Shown here: positions 37,050 to 47,307 of the stretch, piece after piece | Position numbering within the stretch: position 1 is the stretch's first letter | Layout of the letters: each line of letters begins with the position of its first letter | Virus record (IMG/VR): IMGVR_UViG_3300005529_000001 | Span: 186,001 to 250,000 of that record | DNA length: 64,000 bases | Strand: one strand, 5' to 3' | Notes under the pieces: generated by a model | Seen by the model: the letters and a program-made list of their open reading frames with translations, nothing else | Database searches by the model: none | Told to the model about the DNA's origin: nothing | Translations under genes and position numbers: made by a program

Positions 37050-38026
37050 TCCTTGTCTCCAGATGTTTTGTGTTCGATATTCTCGATGCAATGGAAGGCA
37101 TAGAAGAAGTCTTCTACGTCAAAGTCTCCGATCCCTTCCTTGGCTAGCTGCTTCATCAGACCCATTCTATCCGCCTTGGGCAGGAAGTTTTGGATGCGGT
37201 GATCGATCTGTTGTTGTTGGTTTGCTGATAGCATGCTACCGTCGAGGTAGACCAAACGCCAGTTACGCCTGACGTCATCTTCCTGTTCCACAATCTGTTG
37301 GAATTTGGGAGAGTCATCGGTGTGGGTGTGAGCGTAGTCGATGACCTGTTGCAACACCACGTCATCATCAATTCCCAAAAACGGGAACAGCTTGGCGACC
37401 GTCTTGAAACCCACGCCCTTGATGCCCGGGACGTTGTCTCCGTTATCACCACACAGAGCCTTTGCCAACGCAAAATGCTTAGCTTGCACGCGAAATTCCT
37501 CCATGACTGTTTCTTTAGTCACGAAAGTTTTCTTGTGCAAGCTGTAGACCTTGGTCTGGTCGTCGAGTAGCTGATAAAGGTCCTTGTCCGATGAGACGAT
37601 GATCTTGTCTTCTGCCCGCATCGGTCCGCGGCATAGGTATGCGACTAAGTCGTCTCCTTCGCAATCAGACACATACAGTTGACACACTGGTACGCACCTT
37701 GTCATGTGCAACAACGCTTCGATCTGGTATTTCTTGTTATCATCTGAGTCAGGGATATCATCCTCGTAAAAGCGATTCAGCTTTTCGGGCTTCCGGTTCA
37801 TCTTGTACTCGCTATACAGACGCCGGCGCTTGGTTGATCCCCCTCCCTCCCAACAGATGTAGACTGCCTTGGGTTGTGACTCAAAGACAATACGTCGCAA
37901 CGTTTTCAAGAAACCGATGCAACCTCCCATTTGGTAGCCATGCGCTGACATCGTTGGGTAAGCGCTGTAGCTACGAACAAAGAGGTTCATCGCGTCAACG
38001 ATCAGAACCGGACGCGTGGTTGACAT
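37046..38026 (-). CDS. Stand-alone 5'-3' exonuclease / flap endonuclease (Pol I N-terminal domain, T4 RNase H-like)
   Basis: IVDAMN, YKMNR, EGDD, SSDKDLYQL, GDNGDNVPGIKGVG. Confidence 0.92.
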   Translation of the reverse strand: MSTTRPVLIVDAMNLFVRSYSAYPTMSAHGYQMGGCIGFLKTLRRIVFESQPKAVYICWEGGGSTKRRRLYSEYKMNRKPEKLNRFYEDDIPDSDDNKKYQIEALLHMTRCVPVCQLYVSDCEGDDLVAYLCRGPMRAEDKIIVSSDKDLYQLLDDQTKVYSLHKKTFVTKETVMEEFRVQAKHFALAKALCGDNGDNVPGIKGVGFKTVAKLFPFLGIDDDVVLQQVIDYAHTHTDDSPKFQQIVEQEDDVRRNWRLVYLDGSMLSANQQQQIDHRIQNFLPKADRMGLMKQLAKEGIGDFDVEDFFYAFHCIENIEHKTSGDKE

Positions 38027-38059
38027 GGGCTACACTGTAACCCTATCTGTGCCGAGAGT

Positions 38060-38335
38060 TCAGGCAGCAGGTTTGGGCGTCTCTTTGGGCACCAGAGCAA
38101 CGATCTCCATCACCAGCTGCGCCACAGGTTTGGCGAGGTCTTCCGCATCAAAGGTGACGCTTTCACACGGAGCAACATGGACGAGGTTAAGCTGCAGCTT
38201 GCCCTGGTGAAGTGTGATCGAGTGATGGTGACGCCCGAGGGGCGGGAACTTTTTCGTCAGGTGTGTCAGAAGCGTCTGCGCGCCCGCCAACGTTCCAGGG
38301 ATGGGTACCAACCGTTTGTCTGTCTCTTCGTTCAT
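38060..38335 (-). CDS. Hypothetical protein
   Basis: ATGA-coupled start MNEETDK. Confidence 0.5.
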   Translation of the reverse strand: MNEETDKRLVPIPGTLAGAQTLLTHLTKKFPPLGRHHHSITLHQGKLQLNLVHVAPCESVTFDAEDLAKPVAQLVMEIVALVPKETPKPAA

Positions 38336-38733
38336 CGCGTCACTAGCGCTACGTTGCCGTAACAGCTCTCCCACTCTTCTTTGTTGACCTCGAACTCCAT
38401 CGCGATCCTGACATCATCATCGCCAACGACATTGTCTTCTACGACTTTAAAGAGCTCAAAGTCAGCGACCATCTTCTGCGAATGCGGACGTTTGTCATGA
38501 CGACGGATCTCAAAATCGTCTTTCGTCTCCGAATAGTCACGCCACATCTGGCTTACGCTCAGCAGCTGGCACACTTTGGGAGAAGCATGGACGTCACAGT
38601 AGCGGATCTTGGTGTTGCGGTTGTATGGGTTCCTCGTCTTGACGTGGTTGATCAACTGTTTGCGACAAGCAACGATCGCCTCGACGAGCGAGTCAACCTT
38701 GGATGAGATCTTCCATGTTTCTCTAGCGTCCAC
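38332..38733 (-). CDS. Hypothetical protein
   Basis: GTG 38733 next to upstream stop. Confidence 0.5.
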   Translation of the reverse strand: MDARETWKISSKVDSLVEAIVACRKQLINHVKTRNPYNRNTKIRYCDVHASPKVCQLLSVSQMWRDYSETKDDFEIRRHDKRPHSQKMVADFELFKVVEDNVVGDDDVRIAMEFEVNKEEWESCYGNVALVTR

Positions 38734-39157
38734 TGTTCCTCCATGATTCAACGCTTTTGGCCAAGTCTTCTGCAGTCCGGTTAGGACGGTGTTCTGTCTC
38801 TTCTGCGTGATTGGCACGTAACATGTTCGGGATCTCGCCATTCCAGTCACCCGTGTTTGCTGCCTGAAACGGTTCGACACCGGGACCCTTAATGCCGTAA
38901 CCGATCAGATCGCACATCAACCACAACAGGTTTGCACGTTGGTACTCGTTCAGCGTGATGTGCCAAGCGATCGGCTTGCCATCTTTGTCGAGAGTGACCC
39001 GGGGCGCCTCAGCGGTCGTCCAGTGATCGTACAGCGGCTTGCCTTGCAGCTTGCCCTCGAGCATCGCAATCTGGAACCTAGCCATCGCCAGATCACCCTT
39101 GGTCTCATGCAATTCTCTTCTGAGACGTTGCAGTTCAGTGTCAGGTCCCTCGCCCAT
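38723..39157 (-). CDS. Hypothetical protein
   Basis: 144 aa; TACGAT -10 lies 7 nt upstream. Confidence 0.6.
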   Translation of the reverse strand: MGEGPDTELQRLRRELHETKGDLAMARFQIAMLEGKLQGKPLYDHWTTAEAPRVTLDKDGKPIAWHITLNEYQRANLLWLMCDLIGYGIKGPGVEPFQAANTGDWNGEIPNMLRANHAEETEHRPNRTAEDLAKSVESWRNSGR

Positions 39158-39162
39158 GGGAC

Positions 39163-39594
39163 CTATCGTACACCGGTCGAGCCAAAACCTCCAGCCCCTC
39201 GCGTCGTCTCCGAAAGCTCATCAACCACGTCGAACTCAGCTTGGACGACAGGAGAGAAGACGAACTGCGCGATGCGCATGCCCTTCTCGACCTTGAAATC
39301 GTTGTCGCTGTGGTTGATCAGCAGGACCTTGTTTTCGCCGCGATAATCGCTATCGATCGTGCCCGGTGAGTTGAGGACAGTTATCCCAAACTTCGCCGCC
39401 AAGCCCGACCGCGGCCTGCACTGGCACTCGTACCCTTCGGGCACCTCAAGAAAAAGTCCCGTCCCAACCATGCAGGTTCCCCTGGCTGGGACAATGGCTT
39501 CTTCTGCCGAACACACGTCGCACCCCGCCGACCCCGGCGTCTGGTAGACTGGGATCGGCACTTCGGGGTGCTTCTGCTTGACGCGAACTCTCAC
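39163..39594 (-). CDS. dut: Trimeric dUTPase
   Basis: [37 protein letters not shown] (motifs I-V). Confidence 0.96.
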   Translation of the reverse strand: MRVRVKQKHPEVPIPVYQTPGSAGCDVCSAEEAIVPARGTCMVGTGLFLEVPEGYECQCRPRSGLAAKFGITVLNSPGTIDSDYRGENKVLLINHSDNDFKVEKGMRIAQFVFSPVVQAEFDVVDELSETTRGAGGFGSTGVR

Positions 39595-40865
39595 TCTTCG
39601 CCCTCGTCGGTGTCAGGGCTCTCGCCCTCGCCAGATTCCGCTTTCTCACCCGCTTTCGTGGTGTAAGCAGCTTCGATCAGACGATCGACGAAAGGTTGGT
39701 ACTGTGGGCTCGCCATGATCTCGTCGAAGCCACTCTTGGTGAACTTCTTCTCGAGCAAGACCTCTCCCGAGGTCGCGTCTGAGACCTGGAGCTGCCTCCA
39801 AGCTGAAGTGCCGCTGATGCTGCACTCGACCTTGTCGCCCTCTTTTGCTTTTGACTTGGGATCTTCAGCGATGAGAGCGGCGGCAGCGGCCATCGTCAGG
39901 TCCATCGAGACCTTGTTGTTCTCGCAGTACGACCTGACCTCGTCAAAGATGTACTCGTGCTCGACGATCCCCTTGCCGAAGATGATGTCGAACTCGTACT
40001 TCCTGAACGGTGGGGCAACCTTGTTCTTCTTCACCGTCATGATGACGTGGATGCCGATGATGTTGCCCGCCTTGTCCTTAACCTGCGTGCCGCTGGTGAG
40101 GCGGATACGGACCGAGGCGTGGTACGGGATGGCTTTGCCTCCCGGTGTTGTCAGCGGGTCACCGTGAGTCACGCCGATGGCGTCACGGAGCTGGTTGATG
40201 CACAGCAACGTGGCGTGGGTCTGGCCAATGACCCCCGTCACCTTCCGCATGGCGCGGCTGATGATGCGGGCCTGGAGACCGACAGTGTTGTCGTCATACT
40301 CGCCCTCGAGCTCAGCTTTGGGTGAGGATGCTGCAACGCTGTCCCAGATGACGAAGATGGGCCTGTCCTTCGAAGCCGCGATTGACTTGGCTTTCAGGAC
40401 AACGTCTTCGATGATCTTGAAGACCTCTTCAGTGCAGTGGGTGTCGCAGTAGATGAACCGACGGCCGATGTCGACACCCATCGATGCCAGCTTGTCAACT
40501 GGCGTCGCGTTCTCGGTGTCGATGTAAACGACCAGCCCACCCATCTTCTGGACGATCGCCGCACACGCATATGCGATGTGTGACTTGCCGATGGATGGCG
40601 TTCCTGCAACCTCGATGATGCGTCCTTCTGGGAACCCACCACCCGCCGCGTTTCGGATCGCATAGTCCATCTGGATGCTGCTGGTTGGTAACCAGCGCTT
40701 CACAACCGTGGGAGCTTCGTCTTCGCCCAGGTTGTACGCCACCCTCATGCCGAATTCTTTGTTGATATCCTTGATTAAGGACGTGCAGAGCTCATCGAGC
40801 TCGTCACGTTCCTTCTTCTTGGATTTCACCTCGGATTCGGCAGCTCTCGTCGCTGCTTTCGCCAT
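39591..40865 (-). CDS. recA: RecA-family recombinase
   Basis: [56 protein letters not shown]. Confidence 0.95.
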   Translation of the reverse strand: MAKAATRAAESEVKSKKKERDELDELCTSLIKDINKEFGMRVAYNLGEDEAPTVVKRWLPTSSIQMDYAIRNAAGGGFPEGRIIEVAGTPSIGKSHIAYACAAIVQKMGGLVVYIDTENATPVDKLASMGVDIGRRFIYCDTHCTEEVFKIIEDVVLKAKSIAASKDRPIFVIWDSVAASSPKAELEGEYDDNTVGLQARIISRAMRKVTGVIGQTHATLLCINQLRDAIGVTHGDPLTTPGGKAIPYHASVRIRLTSGTQVKDKAGNIIGIHVIMTVKKNKVAPPFRKYEFDIIFGKGIVEHEYIFDEVRSYCENNKVSMDLTMAAAAALIAEDPKSKAKEGDKVECSISGTSAWRQLQVSDATSGEVLLEKKFTKSGFDEIMASPQYQPFVDRLIEAAYTTKAGEKAESGEGESPDTDEGEE

Positions 40866-40876
40866 GGTGTTTCCTT

Positions 40877-41827
40877 TCACTCGTCGCGCGTCAACTCGTC
40901 AAACGCTTCTTCAAGCGACGTCTTCTTGCCCGCGGGCGCTTCTGCGTCAACGTCTGCATCACCGCGCTTGCCACGCTTGCTCTTGGGAGCTTCAGCCTTG
41001 GGAGACTCCGCCTTCGCAGAGGGCTTCACCTCAGCCTTGACCTCATTCACCAGCTTGTCAAGCTCGTCCTGCGGCTTGTCACCGCGGCTCTCACCGTCGC
41101 TGGAGACATCATCAGCGCCACCACCCTGTAGCCAGTCGTTCAGGACCTTCTCGATCTCGGCCGCTGACTTCTGCGGGTACATGTCATCGATGTTGGGCAC
41201 CGAATCCATCCACTTCTTCGCCTGCTCGGCGTCTCTCGAGAGAGCTGACGGAGCGCGGGCAGCGTCAATGACAGTGTCCATCACTTCCTTGTTATTGAAC
41301 TTCTTGCCCGAGGGCTTGACGGTCACCTTCAGGTCGAACCCACCCTGCGGGTCAAGGATGTCACCAACCTCAGCGTCGGTGAAGAACCCAAGCAAACGCT
41401 GGTAAATGAACTTGTTGAAGCTCCACACCAGGACGCCCTTGGACTCCTGGTTGTCGACGATGTTCCAGTCAGCATCACACTTGCCACGGACGATGACCGC
41501 GGCATACGCCGTCATCTTGGGTTGCAGCTTCTTGGCCAGAGCGCGGTCTTCTGCCTTGCCCGAGCTGTAGAGCTTTCGGAGCAGGTCATTGATCGGATCG
41601 GGCTTCTTGAACTGGGAGGGCGCCAGGATGCGCGGGTTGTCTCCGATGTAGTAGAAGCGACGCTCGACGAACGGCGTGCCGTCGTCCTGAAGGACCGCTG
41701 ACGGCCAGGGGACGCAACGCACCTTGTACTGGCCCGCTTCGGGCTTCCACAGCTGGACATTCGAGTTCTTGCGCTGTCCGTTGAGTTCCTGGACGCGCTT
41801 ACGAATTGCCTCTAGATTGACTGACAT
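40877..41827 (-). CDS. Single-stranded DNA-binding protein (T4 gp32-like)
   Basis: LWKP, VRCVPW, VLVWSF, DILDPQGGFDL, acidic tail; adjacent to recA. Confidence 0.78.
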   Translation of the reverse strand: MSVNLEAIRKRVQELNGQRKNSNVQLWKPEAGQYKVRCVPWPSAVLQDDGTPFVERRFYYIGDNPRILAPSQFKKPDPINDLLRKLYSSGKAEDRALAKKLQPKMTAYAAVIVRGKCDADWNIVDNQESKGVLVWSFNKFIYQRLLGFFTDAEVGDILDPQGGFDLKVTVKPSGKKFNNKEVMDTVIDAARAPSALSRDAEQAKKWMDSVPNIDDMYPQKSAAEIEKVLNDWLQGGGADDVSSDGESRGDKPQDELDKLVNEVKAEVKPSAKAESPKAEAPKSKRGKRGDADVDAEAPAGKKTSLEEAFDELTRDE

Positions 41828-41851
41828 GTTCTTCTCCGATTTCCTTTTTCC

Positions 41852-41899
41852 TACGTTCGATCAACGTAACCTGCAGGATTGCAGGTGAAGCTGATCTTA
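41852..41899 (-). promoter_or_regulatory. SSB promoter (-10 TAAGAT) and tandem leader hairpins
   Basis: TAAGAT 41899-41894; ACCTGCA/TGCAGGT (41869-41886) and TACGTT/AACGTA (41852-41868). Confidence 0.45.
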
Positions 41900-41925
41900 C
41901 ATTCTCTAAGCCGCTTAAGTTCAAG

Positions 41926-41953
41926 CGGCAGCGCAGAAAGATCCGCGCTGCCG
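41926..41953 (-). terminator. Hairpin downstream of 41958 gene
   Basis: CGGCAGCGC/GCGCTGCCG 9-bp stem; weak U tract. Confidence 0.4.
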
Positions 41954-41957
41954 AAGT

Positions 41958-42188
41958 TCATTTCCTACGAGGCTTGTTCTTTTTCCTACCGAGACGATCT
42001 GGGTCCATGCCGAGAGGTGCCGTGTATCCTGCGATACCGCCGCCAACCGCTGCGAACTCGTCCATCTCCTCAGTTGCCTCTTCCGTTTCGCCTTCGTGAC
42101 TTCCGTCCGACACGAGCTGGTTTGGAACCCTTGCCAGGTGACCTTCGACCACTTGCCTAATATAACGCATGAGCAGTTTAGAGCTCAT
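41958..42188 (-). CDS. Small acidic protein with looser form of shared N-terminal motif
   Basis: MSSKLLMRYIRQVVE; EEMDEF. Confidence 0.65.
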   Translation of the reverse strand: MSSKLLMRYIRQVVEGHLARVPNQLVSDGSHEGETEEATEEMDEFAAVGGGIAGYTAPLGMDPDRLGRKKNKPRRK

Positions 42189-42192
42189 GATC

Positions 42193-42199
42193 TAAATAG
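42193..42199 (-). promoter_or_regulatory. Putative late promoter CTATTTA
   Basis: 4 nt upstream of ATG 42188. Confidence 0.5.
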
Positions 42200-42219
42200 G
42201 CGGTCCGGATGGTCTTGCC

Positions 42220-42435
42220 TCAGGTTTTTGCCTTCGCGCAGCTGCTGTGGTGGGCCAACATGCGGCCGTACCCGTGGGGCAATTTTCGGTTCTGCTCACG
42301 GCGGTCAGGCGGGAACCAGTAGTCGGGACACGTACACTTGACGTTCGCCTGAGCTTTGCACGCCAAGCAGTTGTTACGCGAGGCCAGGCCTTCGATGGTG
42401 TTCCAGGGCTGGCAAGTGTGCCCAGCGAAGTTCAT
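42220..42435 (-). CDS. Small Cys-rich hypothetical protein
   Basis: ATGA-coupled; CLAC, CTC. Confidence 0.5.
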   Translation of the reverse strand: MNFAGHTCQPWNTIEGLASRNNCLACKAQANVKCTCPDYWFPPDRREQNRKLPHGYGRMLAHHSSCAKAKT

Positions 42436-43049
42436 TCCACGGGCCAGATGATTCCCGGTTTCTCTTCCATCGTCGAGATGTAGTCAGCAGTCTGAACACC
42501 GTAGACAAGGGGCCTGATCTTCAGACAATATTTTTTGTTTTCTTCGGGCTTGAACCCGTCGTTGAGCTTGATGGCCAGGAACTCATCAACAGTCAGTTGG
42601 ATGCCGTAGTGCTGCATCAGGAACAACGAGCGATCGGGAGTCGAGAAGTAAGGGAGCTCATCGTTGTACTTGTACTCTTCACCCAGCTTTTCAGCGCGCC
42701 AAGCGTCTGTCTGCGGGATGTAGAAATCGTTCTCACTGCCCTTTCCCGGCATGCCAACCTTGCCGATGTCATGGAAGAGCGCCGCGATGATCATCGCTTC
42801 TTTGTTCAGTTTCCAGCCGTACCCGTTATTGAGAACAACGAGGTTGTTGAGCACCCGGAGGCTGTGATCGACCAGCCCACCCGGGAATGCTCCGTGATAA
42901 TCGACCTTTGCCGAAGCTGGAGCTAGGCACAATCGTTCGTCGAGATCATCGAGCATCTCGGACAACGCTTGCCCACGGGTTGGGCATTTGTCACACAACC
43001 CACGAAACTTTTTCCAGTTCTGCTCGATCTCTTCAGGTGTCAACGACAT
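42432..43049 (-). CDS. HD-domain phosphohydrolase (YhaM-like HD domain)
   Basis: APAS..YHGAFPGGLVDHSLRV, FHDIGK. Confidence 0.85.
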   Translation of the reverse strand: MSLTPEEIEQNWKKFRGLCDKCPTRGQALSEMLDDLDERLCLAPASAKVDYHGAFPGGLVDHSLRVLNNLVVLNNGYGWKLNKEAMIIAALFHDIGKVGMPGKGSENDFYIPQTDAWRAEKLGEEYKYNDELPYFSTPDRSLFLMQHYGIQLTVDEFLAIKLNDGFKPEENKKYCLKIRPLVYGVQTADYISTMEEKPGIIWPVE

Positions 43050-43081
43050 GCTGTAATCTTACAAGCACAATCTTAGCTTGT

Positions 43082-44311
43082 TCAACACACGGGTTCGAGT
43101 CTCAGAGGGAACTTCTGCACGTAACCCGTGACCTTAACGTCTGTGATCTTTCTGACCTCGGGCTCTTCATCCAAGTGTACGTCAAGGAACAGAGCATCGT
43201 GCAATGTCCCAATCGCACATGTCTGGGGCGCAGCGTGTTCCAGCTGTTCGATCACTTGAGCAAACCCCAACAGGGTGACATCAACTCCCGTCGATTGAGC
43301 GTAGTAATTTATCAGAATGTTGTCCAGCGGTTCGTCAACGAGCACCCGGCGTCCGTATCGGTTCTCTAGGTAACCCGTCGATACGAACTGGGCCTTGATC
43401 CTCTTCAGGAGATCGTTGGTACGAAAGTACAGCTTCACCTGTTTGAGGAATGCCTTGAGTTCCTTTCCCTCCATTCCCAAGTGCTTTCCCAAGACATAGT
43501 CGGTCATCCCATATAACATCGCGATGACGGCGCCCTTGACGACCTTGCGTTCACGGTTCAGTTCACGTGCCATCATCCCGTACAGGTCAACTTCTTCACA
43601 CCTGCGGCCGAACTCATACAACAGGACACGGACCTCAAGCGCCGCAAAATCCAGAGCAAAAATCCGGCCCCTGTCACCGTGTCGAGACTTGATCAGATTA
43701 CGATGCTCTTTCTTGATCGTCAAGATCTGCGGACCGCTGTCAACGATCAGGCGTCCTGTTAGGGTGCCAAACCTGTTGTAACAGATGGGTTGAGCAAAAC
43801 CATTGGCGTCAGGCTGGAACGATTTGATCGCGGGCACGTTTCCCTCGCCTGCCAAAACGAGGTCACGCCAACGCTCTCCGTCGATGGCCATGGGCCTGAG
43901 GCTGCGGAAGACACGGTTTCCCGGCCCCCACACTGTCCTGTAATAATTCGTGGGAGCCGAAGCCATGGCAACCATCGCGGCATCGACCAGCCCTTTCACG
44001 AAGGCACGGTGTTCAGCAACAGGCATCACCTTTTGCCAGGGTACCGGCGTGTTTGCCAGTGAACCAGACAGCTGCGACATCACGTTGACAAATCGCTTGG
44101 GAGGCGAGACATCGAGCTTGTTCCCACCCAGTTTTAGCACCGTGTCAAAGCACCAGTCGCTCTCGTCTTTGATGTGACCGTTCAACCACCACATCTCGGG
44201 TGGGATCGTGTTCGACCACTCAAACGTCCCGTCGCCAACAACCAAGTGATTGTCAGTTCCGAGGAGACAGCTGTCAATGCACAGACGAGACACGAGATCA
44301 TTGTATTGCAA
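43082..44311 (-). CDS. Compact family A DNA polymerase (polymerase domain only)
   Basis: TLTGRL, motif A ALDFAALEVR, motif B RKVVKGAVIAMLYG, INYYAQSTGVD, motif C LHDA. Confidence 0.85.
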   Translation of the reverse strand: MQYNDLVSRLCIDSCLLGTDNHLVVGDGTFEWSNTIPPEMWWLNGHIKDESDWCFDTVLKLGGNKLDVSPPKRFVNVMSQLSGSLANTPVPWQKVMPVAEHRAFVKGLVDAAMVAMASAPTNYYRTVWGPGNRVFRSLRPMAIDGERWRDLVLAGEGNVPAIKSFQPDANGFAQPICYNRFGTLTGRLIVDSGPQILTIKKEHRNLIKSRHGDRGRIFALDFAALEVRVLLYEFGRRCEEVDLYGMMARELNRERKVVKGAVIAMLYGMTDYVLGKHLGMEGKELKAFLKQVKLYFRTNDLLKRIKAQFVSTGYLENRYGRRVLVDEPLDNILINYYAQSTGVDVTLLGFAQVIEQLEHAAPQTCAIGTLHDALFLDVHLDEEPEVRKITDVKVTGYVQKFPLRLEPVC

Positions 44312-44328
44312 TGACCCCGGAGTCTACA

Positions 44329-47307
44329 TCATCCCTTCTGGCCGGGAACTTTGGCTGACAAGCTAGCGACCCACTGGTCGATCTGCTGGGCACCCTCCCA
44401 GACACCGTACGCGTCAGCGTAACCGAACTGCCACGTTGTCTCGTACTTACCCGGCCCGATCGTGTGCGACAGGCCCGTGACGATGTAGATGTTGTCAAGC
44501 GTCGTGCCCGTCTGAAAATCAATGAAGTACATCTGGGCCATGGTCGCGAGCGGGTTTCCGATCGTTGTCATGTTGAGCATCGCTGGGATAACGCGGACTG
44601 GAAAGCCACGTTCGCCACCGCCAGCGGGATGAGCATCGTTCCTGATGTTCATCGTCCGTTGCATCTGGACAGAAGACACCCGGGGGTCCGCTTTGGATGC
44701 TAGGGCGGCGGAGACGATGGTCGTTCCGTTCGCACCGAACCTGATGGTCGGCACCATCTTTGAGACCAGGTCTTTTGCTTGCTGGTAGCTCGCGGGTTGG
44801 GCGATGATGCTGGCGTTCGTTTTGGGATCCTGTGTCACCTGGCTACCCGGCGCTGCTTGCGCATACGCTTGCGCAAACTTCTGGATCTGCTGGCCGTCAG
44901 ACGGTGACAGCTGCTTGTTTGCCGCGGGGGAGGCCACCTGGATGAAGTCCCGGTTGGCGCTGTCACGTAACAGCGTCGCCGCGCCCTTGTATGGGTTCAG
45001 CTGCTTGTCATAGATGTGAATGCGCATGATGCGCTTGACACCCGCAGCGTTCGGCCCCTTGTTGGCTTCGATCGCAGTGTTCTTGGCCGAGTAACCGATC
45101 AACTGCAAGATGTCGTTTTGGGTGCCCGTGTTATCACCCGGTCGCTGGTGTGCACACTCGATGTACATCTCGATCATCGGTTGCTTGAACGTCCCGTATT
45201 TCAGCTGCCACTTGTCCAGCTCAGACGGGCTGTCACCCTGTCTGTCCTTGACTCTAGCTTCAGGGTTGTTAGAGTCGTAGGGCTGGTAAGCACCCTTCAT
45301 GCCATACCCGAGGTTGCGGGGGTCGAGGAACTGAGCGTTGATGACCAAACCCAAGAAATCTTCCAGGGTCATGTTCTGTCCGCCAGTCCTGATCACATTC
45401 TCTCGGTATTGGTCAGCAAACATGCCCATGTCAATTGGGAACGAAGCAATCGATGTGCTAGAAACAGGCCCACACTGTTCATTCATTTGGTAAAAGAAGA
45501 TCTGGAGCTCGTCATGGCTCCCGAGCTGTGCTGCGCTTGTCAAGTTACGACCCGCAAACACCGAAAACAGCTTTCCAAATGAAACAACGCCCTTCCTGAG
45601 TGTCTGGTTGGAATTCTTGGGCGCAGTAACCCACGCATCTAGAGCTTTTTTCAAGTCGCTTGATCCATCAATCGTCGATTGCTTTTTCAGGGTGGGCAAG
45701 AACGGATCGGGTCCCGTGTAGACCTCCTCAAACATCTTGTTGACCGTGTTATCGACGTTCGTGGGGTTGTAAGCAAACTTTGTTGATGGGTCAACTGACG
45801 CATAGTTCTTCGCATACTGTTGCATCGTCGTGATCAGCTGCGTAGCTTTACCCTGGTCAACACCAGGTGTCTTCGATAGGATCGTAGCTAGCTGTATGAT
45901 CGCTGCGTCCAAAGCGTTCTTTGACAGGTTGGGACGTTGGCCCTGTTCCATCGCATCAAGGACCATGTAAGCACGGCTGTCATGGTTAAGGCCCGCTCCC
46001 ACGCCACCGTTGCCTGACGGGTCTAATCCCGTTGCAACGAACAGCTCTGCGATCTGCTCGCCAACCTGTCTCGCTGACTTGAGCAAAAACGTTTGGTCGT
46101 TATTGTTGTCAGCGATCTTTGATTGACGCATCTCGTTGACACCTTTGGTGAACAGCTCCAACGTCAGAGTGACCTGGCCCACGTTGTCAAACGAAAAATT
46201 GCTGTTGACGATCCCATAGGCTTCTCGCATCAACATGTTGTTGTTGATGTACTCAAAGTATGGGTTATCTTTGGGATCGCTCCTCACCGGAGCTCGCCAC
46301 CCATATGTCAGCCAGACAGTAACACCAGTGTAAACCCTGGGTCTGATCAGGTCGCTGATCTCACTCAGACGTGACCGATCATGGATCTTGATCTGCAATG
46401 TTGCCTTCTTGTAGGTGTAGAAACCTGCACCAGCTGGAACGATGTTGATTGTCGCGTGTTCTAGCGTAGCAAACGGCCGAGTCGGATCGAGCACATCAGC
46501 GTAACGAGCACCCCCAGTAGCTTTCCCAACAGTATTGGGTGATGGGTTGTAGAGCGTCTGGGGAGATGTGAACATCTCCATCCCAGCAAAATCGACTTCA
46601 GGTGAACCGGGTTGGTTTCCGGACGGGTTTGTCGCACCAAGAAGGTGAGCACCTATCATAGCATCGTTCGCCGTCTTGGGGTTAGCCGCGTTGCTGGTAT
46701 CAACAGCTCCGATCAGGAACTTCAACAGTCCAGCAGTCTGGAGCTGGTTGGTGACCCGAGCAGGACGTGATATCATGAACTCAGCTTGTAGGAACGGGAC
46801 TAGCTGTGCCAAGACAGTGTTTGGCATGTTGTTGAGGAACGGTTCAGCACGATGGCAGTTCCTCGTTTGTGGGCTAAAGAACGGCGTGCGGCTGCAGATC
46901 AGTGCAACGTCAAGCGACACGGACCCACCCGTGGGTAATGGGAAATCAGCGCCGATGATCTGTTGCAATGCATTGCCCAGCTTTGCCGTCGCGCCCTGCG
47001 AGTCAACGTAGCTGTCTTGGTCCGAGCTGGTTCCCAGGTTGGGGATGGGTCCTTGCGTAGAATAAAACGACAGGTAATCAGACAAGACTTCCGCGCTTGA
47101 TTTTGTTCCCAAAGCACCGATCTGCGCGATGATGTCAGCAGTGCTGTACACGCCACGACCGCTGTTCTCAAGGACTTGTAACAGTTGCTTGAACACGTCT
47201 TGGTTTTGGGTGTTGGGATCTTGCCCGAGGCTCGGCGTCACCGTCCCAAGCATGTCGCTGGGCGTAAATGAGTTTAAGATCCCTTCGATGGTGGTGAAGT
47301 CAGCCAT
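44329..47307 (-). CDS. Large structural protein, putative baseplate hub (gp27/VgrG position)
   Basis: 992 aa; synteny after LysM/gp53-like gene; WLTYGW...SNFSF and YIVTGLSHTIGPGKYETT segments. Confidence 0.55.
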   Translation of the reverse strand: MADFTTIEGILNSFTPSDMLGTVTPSLGQDPNTQNQDVFKQLLQVLENSGRGVYSTADIIAQIGALGTKSSAEVLSDYLSFYSTQGPIPNLGTSSDQDSYVDSQGATAKLGNALQQIIGADFPLPTGGSVSLDVALICSRTPFFSPQTRNCHRAEPFLNNMPNTVLAQLVPFLQAEFMISRPARVTNQLQTAGLLKFLIGAVDTSNAANPKTANDAMIGAHLLGATNPSGNQPGSPEVDFAGMEMFTSPQTLYNPSPNTVGKATGGARYADVLDPTRPFATLEHATINIVPAGAGFYTYKKATLQIKIHDRSRLSEISDLIRPRVYTGVTVWLTYGWRAPVRSDPKDNPYFEYINNNMLMREAYGIVNSNFSFDNVGQVTLTLELFTKGVNEMRQSKIADNNNDQTFLLKSARQVGEQIAELFVATGLDPSGNGGVGAGLNHDSRAYMVLDAMEQGQRPNLSKNALDAAIIQLATILSKTPGVDQGKATQLITTMQQYAKNYASVDPSTKFAYNPTNVDNTVNKMFEEVYTGPDPFLPTLKKQSTIDGSSDLKKALDAWVTAPKNSNQTLRKGVVSFGKLFSVFAGRNLTSAAQLGSHDELQIFFYQMNEQCGPVSSTSIASFPIDMGMFADQYRENVIRTGGQNMTLEDFLGLVINAQFLDPRNLGYGMKGAYQPYDSNNPEARVKDRQGDSPSELDKWQLKYGTFKQPMIEMYIECAHQRPGDNTGTQNDILQLIGYSAKNTAIEANKGPNAAGVKRIMRIHIYDKQLNPYKGAATLLRDSANRDFIQVASPAANKQLSPSDGQQIQKFAQAYAQAAPGSQVTQDPKTNASIIAQPASYQQAKDLVSKMVPTIRFGANGTTIVSAALASKADPRVSSVQMQRTMNIRNDAHPAGGGERGFPVRVIPAMLNMTTIGNPLATMAQMYFIDFQTGTTLDNIYIVTGLSHTIGPGKYETTWQFGYADAYGVWEGAQQIDQWVASLSAKVPGQKG

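Noticed and set aside
5243-40865. Inteins or introns in DnaE, NrdJ, helicase or RecA
   Set aside because: Usual insertion sites are contiguous (FAGYGFNK, TNPCGE, Walker A regions) and no C/S...HN splice ends were seen.
42432-44311. HD hydrolase next to an exonuclease-less PolA (plus a MazG-like gene) as a 2-aminoadenine (dZ) DatZ/DpoZ/MazZ system
   Set aside because: The HD protein has the YhaM-type APA..H..GGL..H signature rather than DatZ, no PurZ is in the window, and DpoZ enzymes keep a 3'-5' exonuclease domain.
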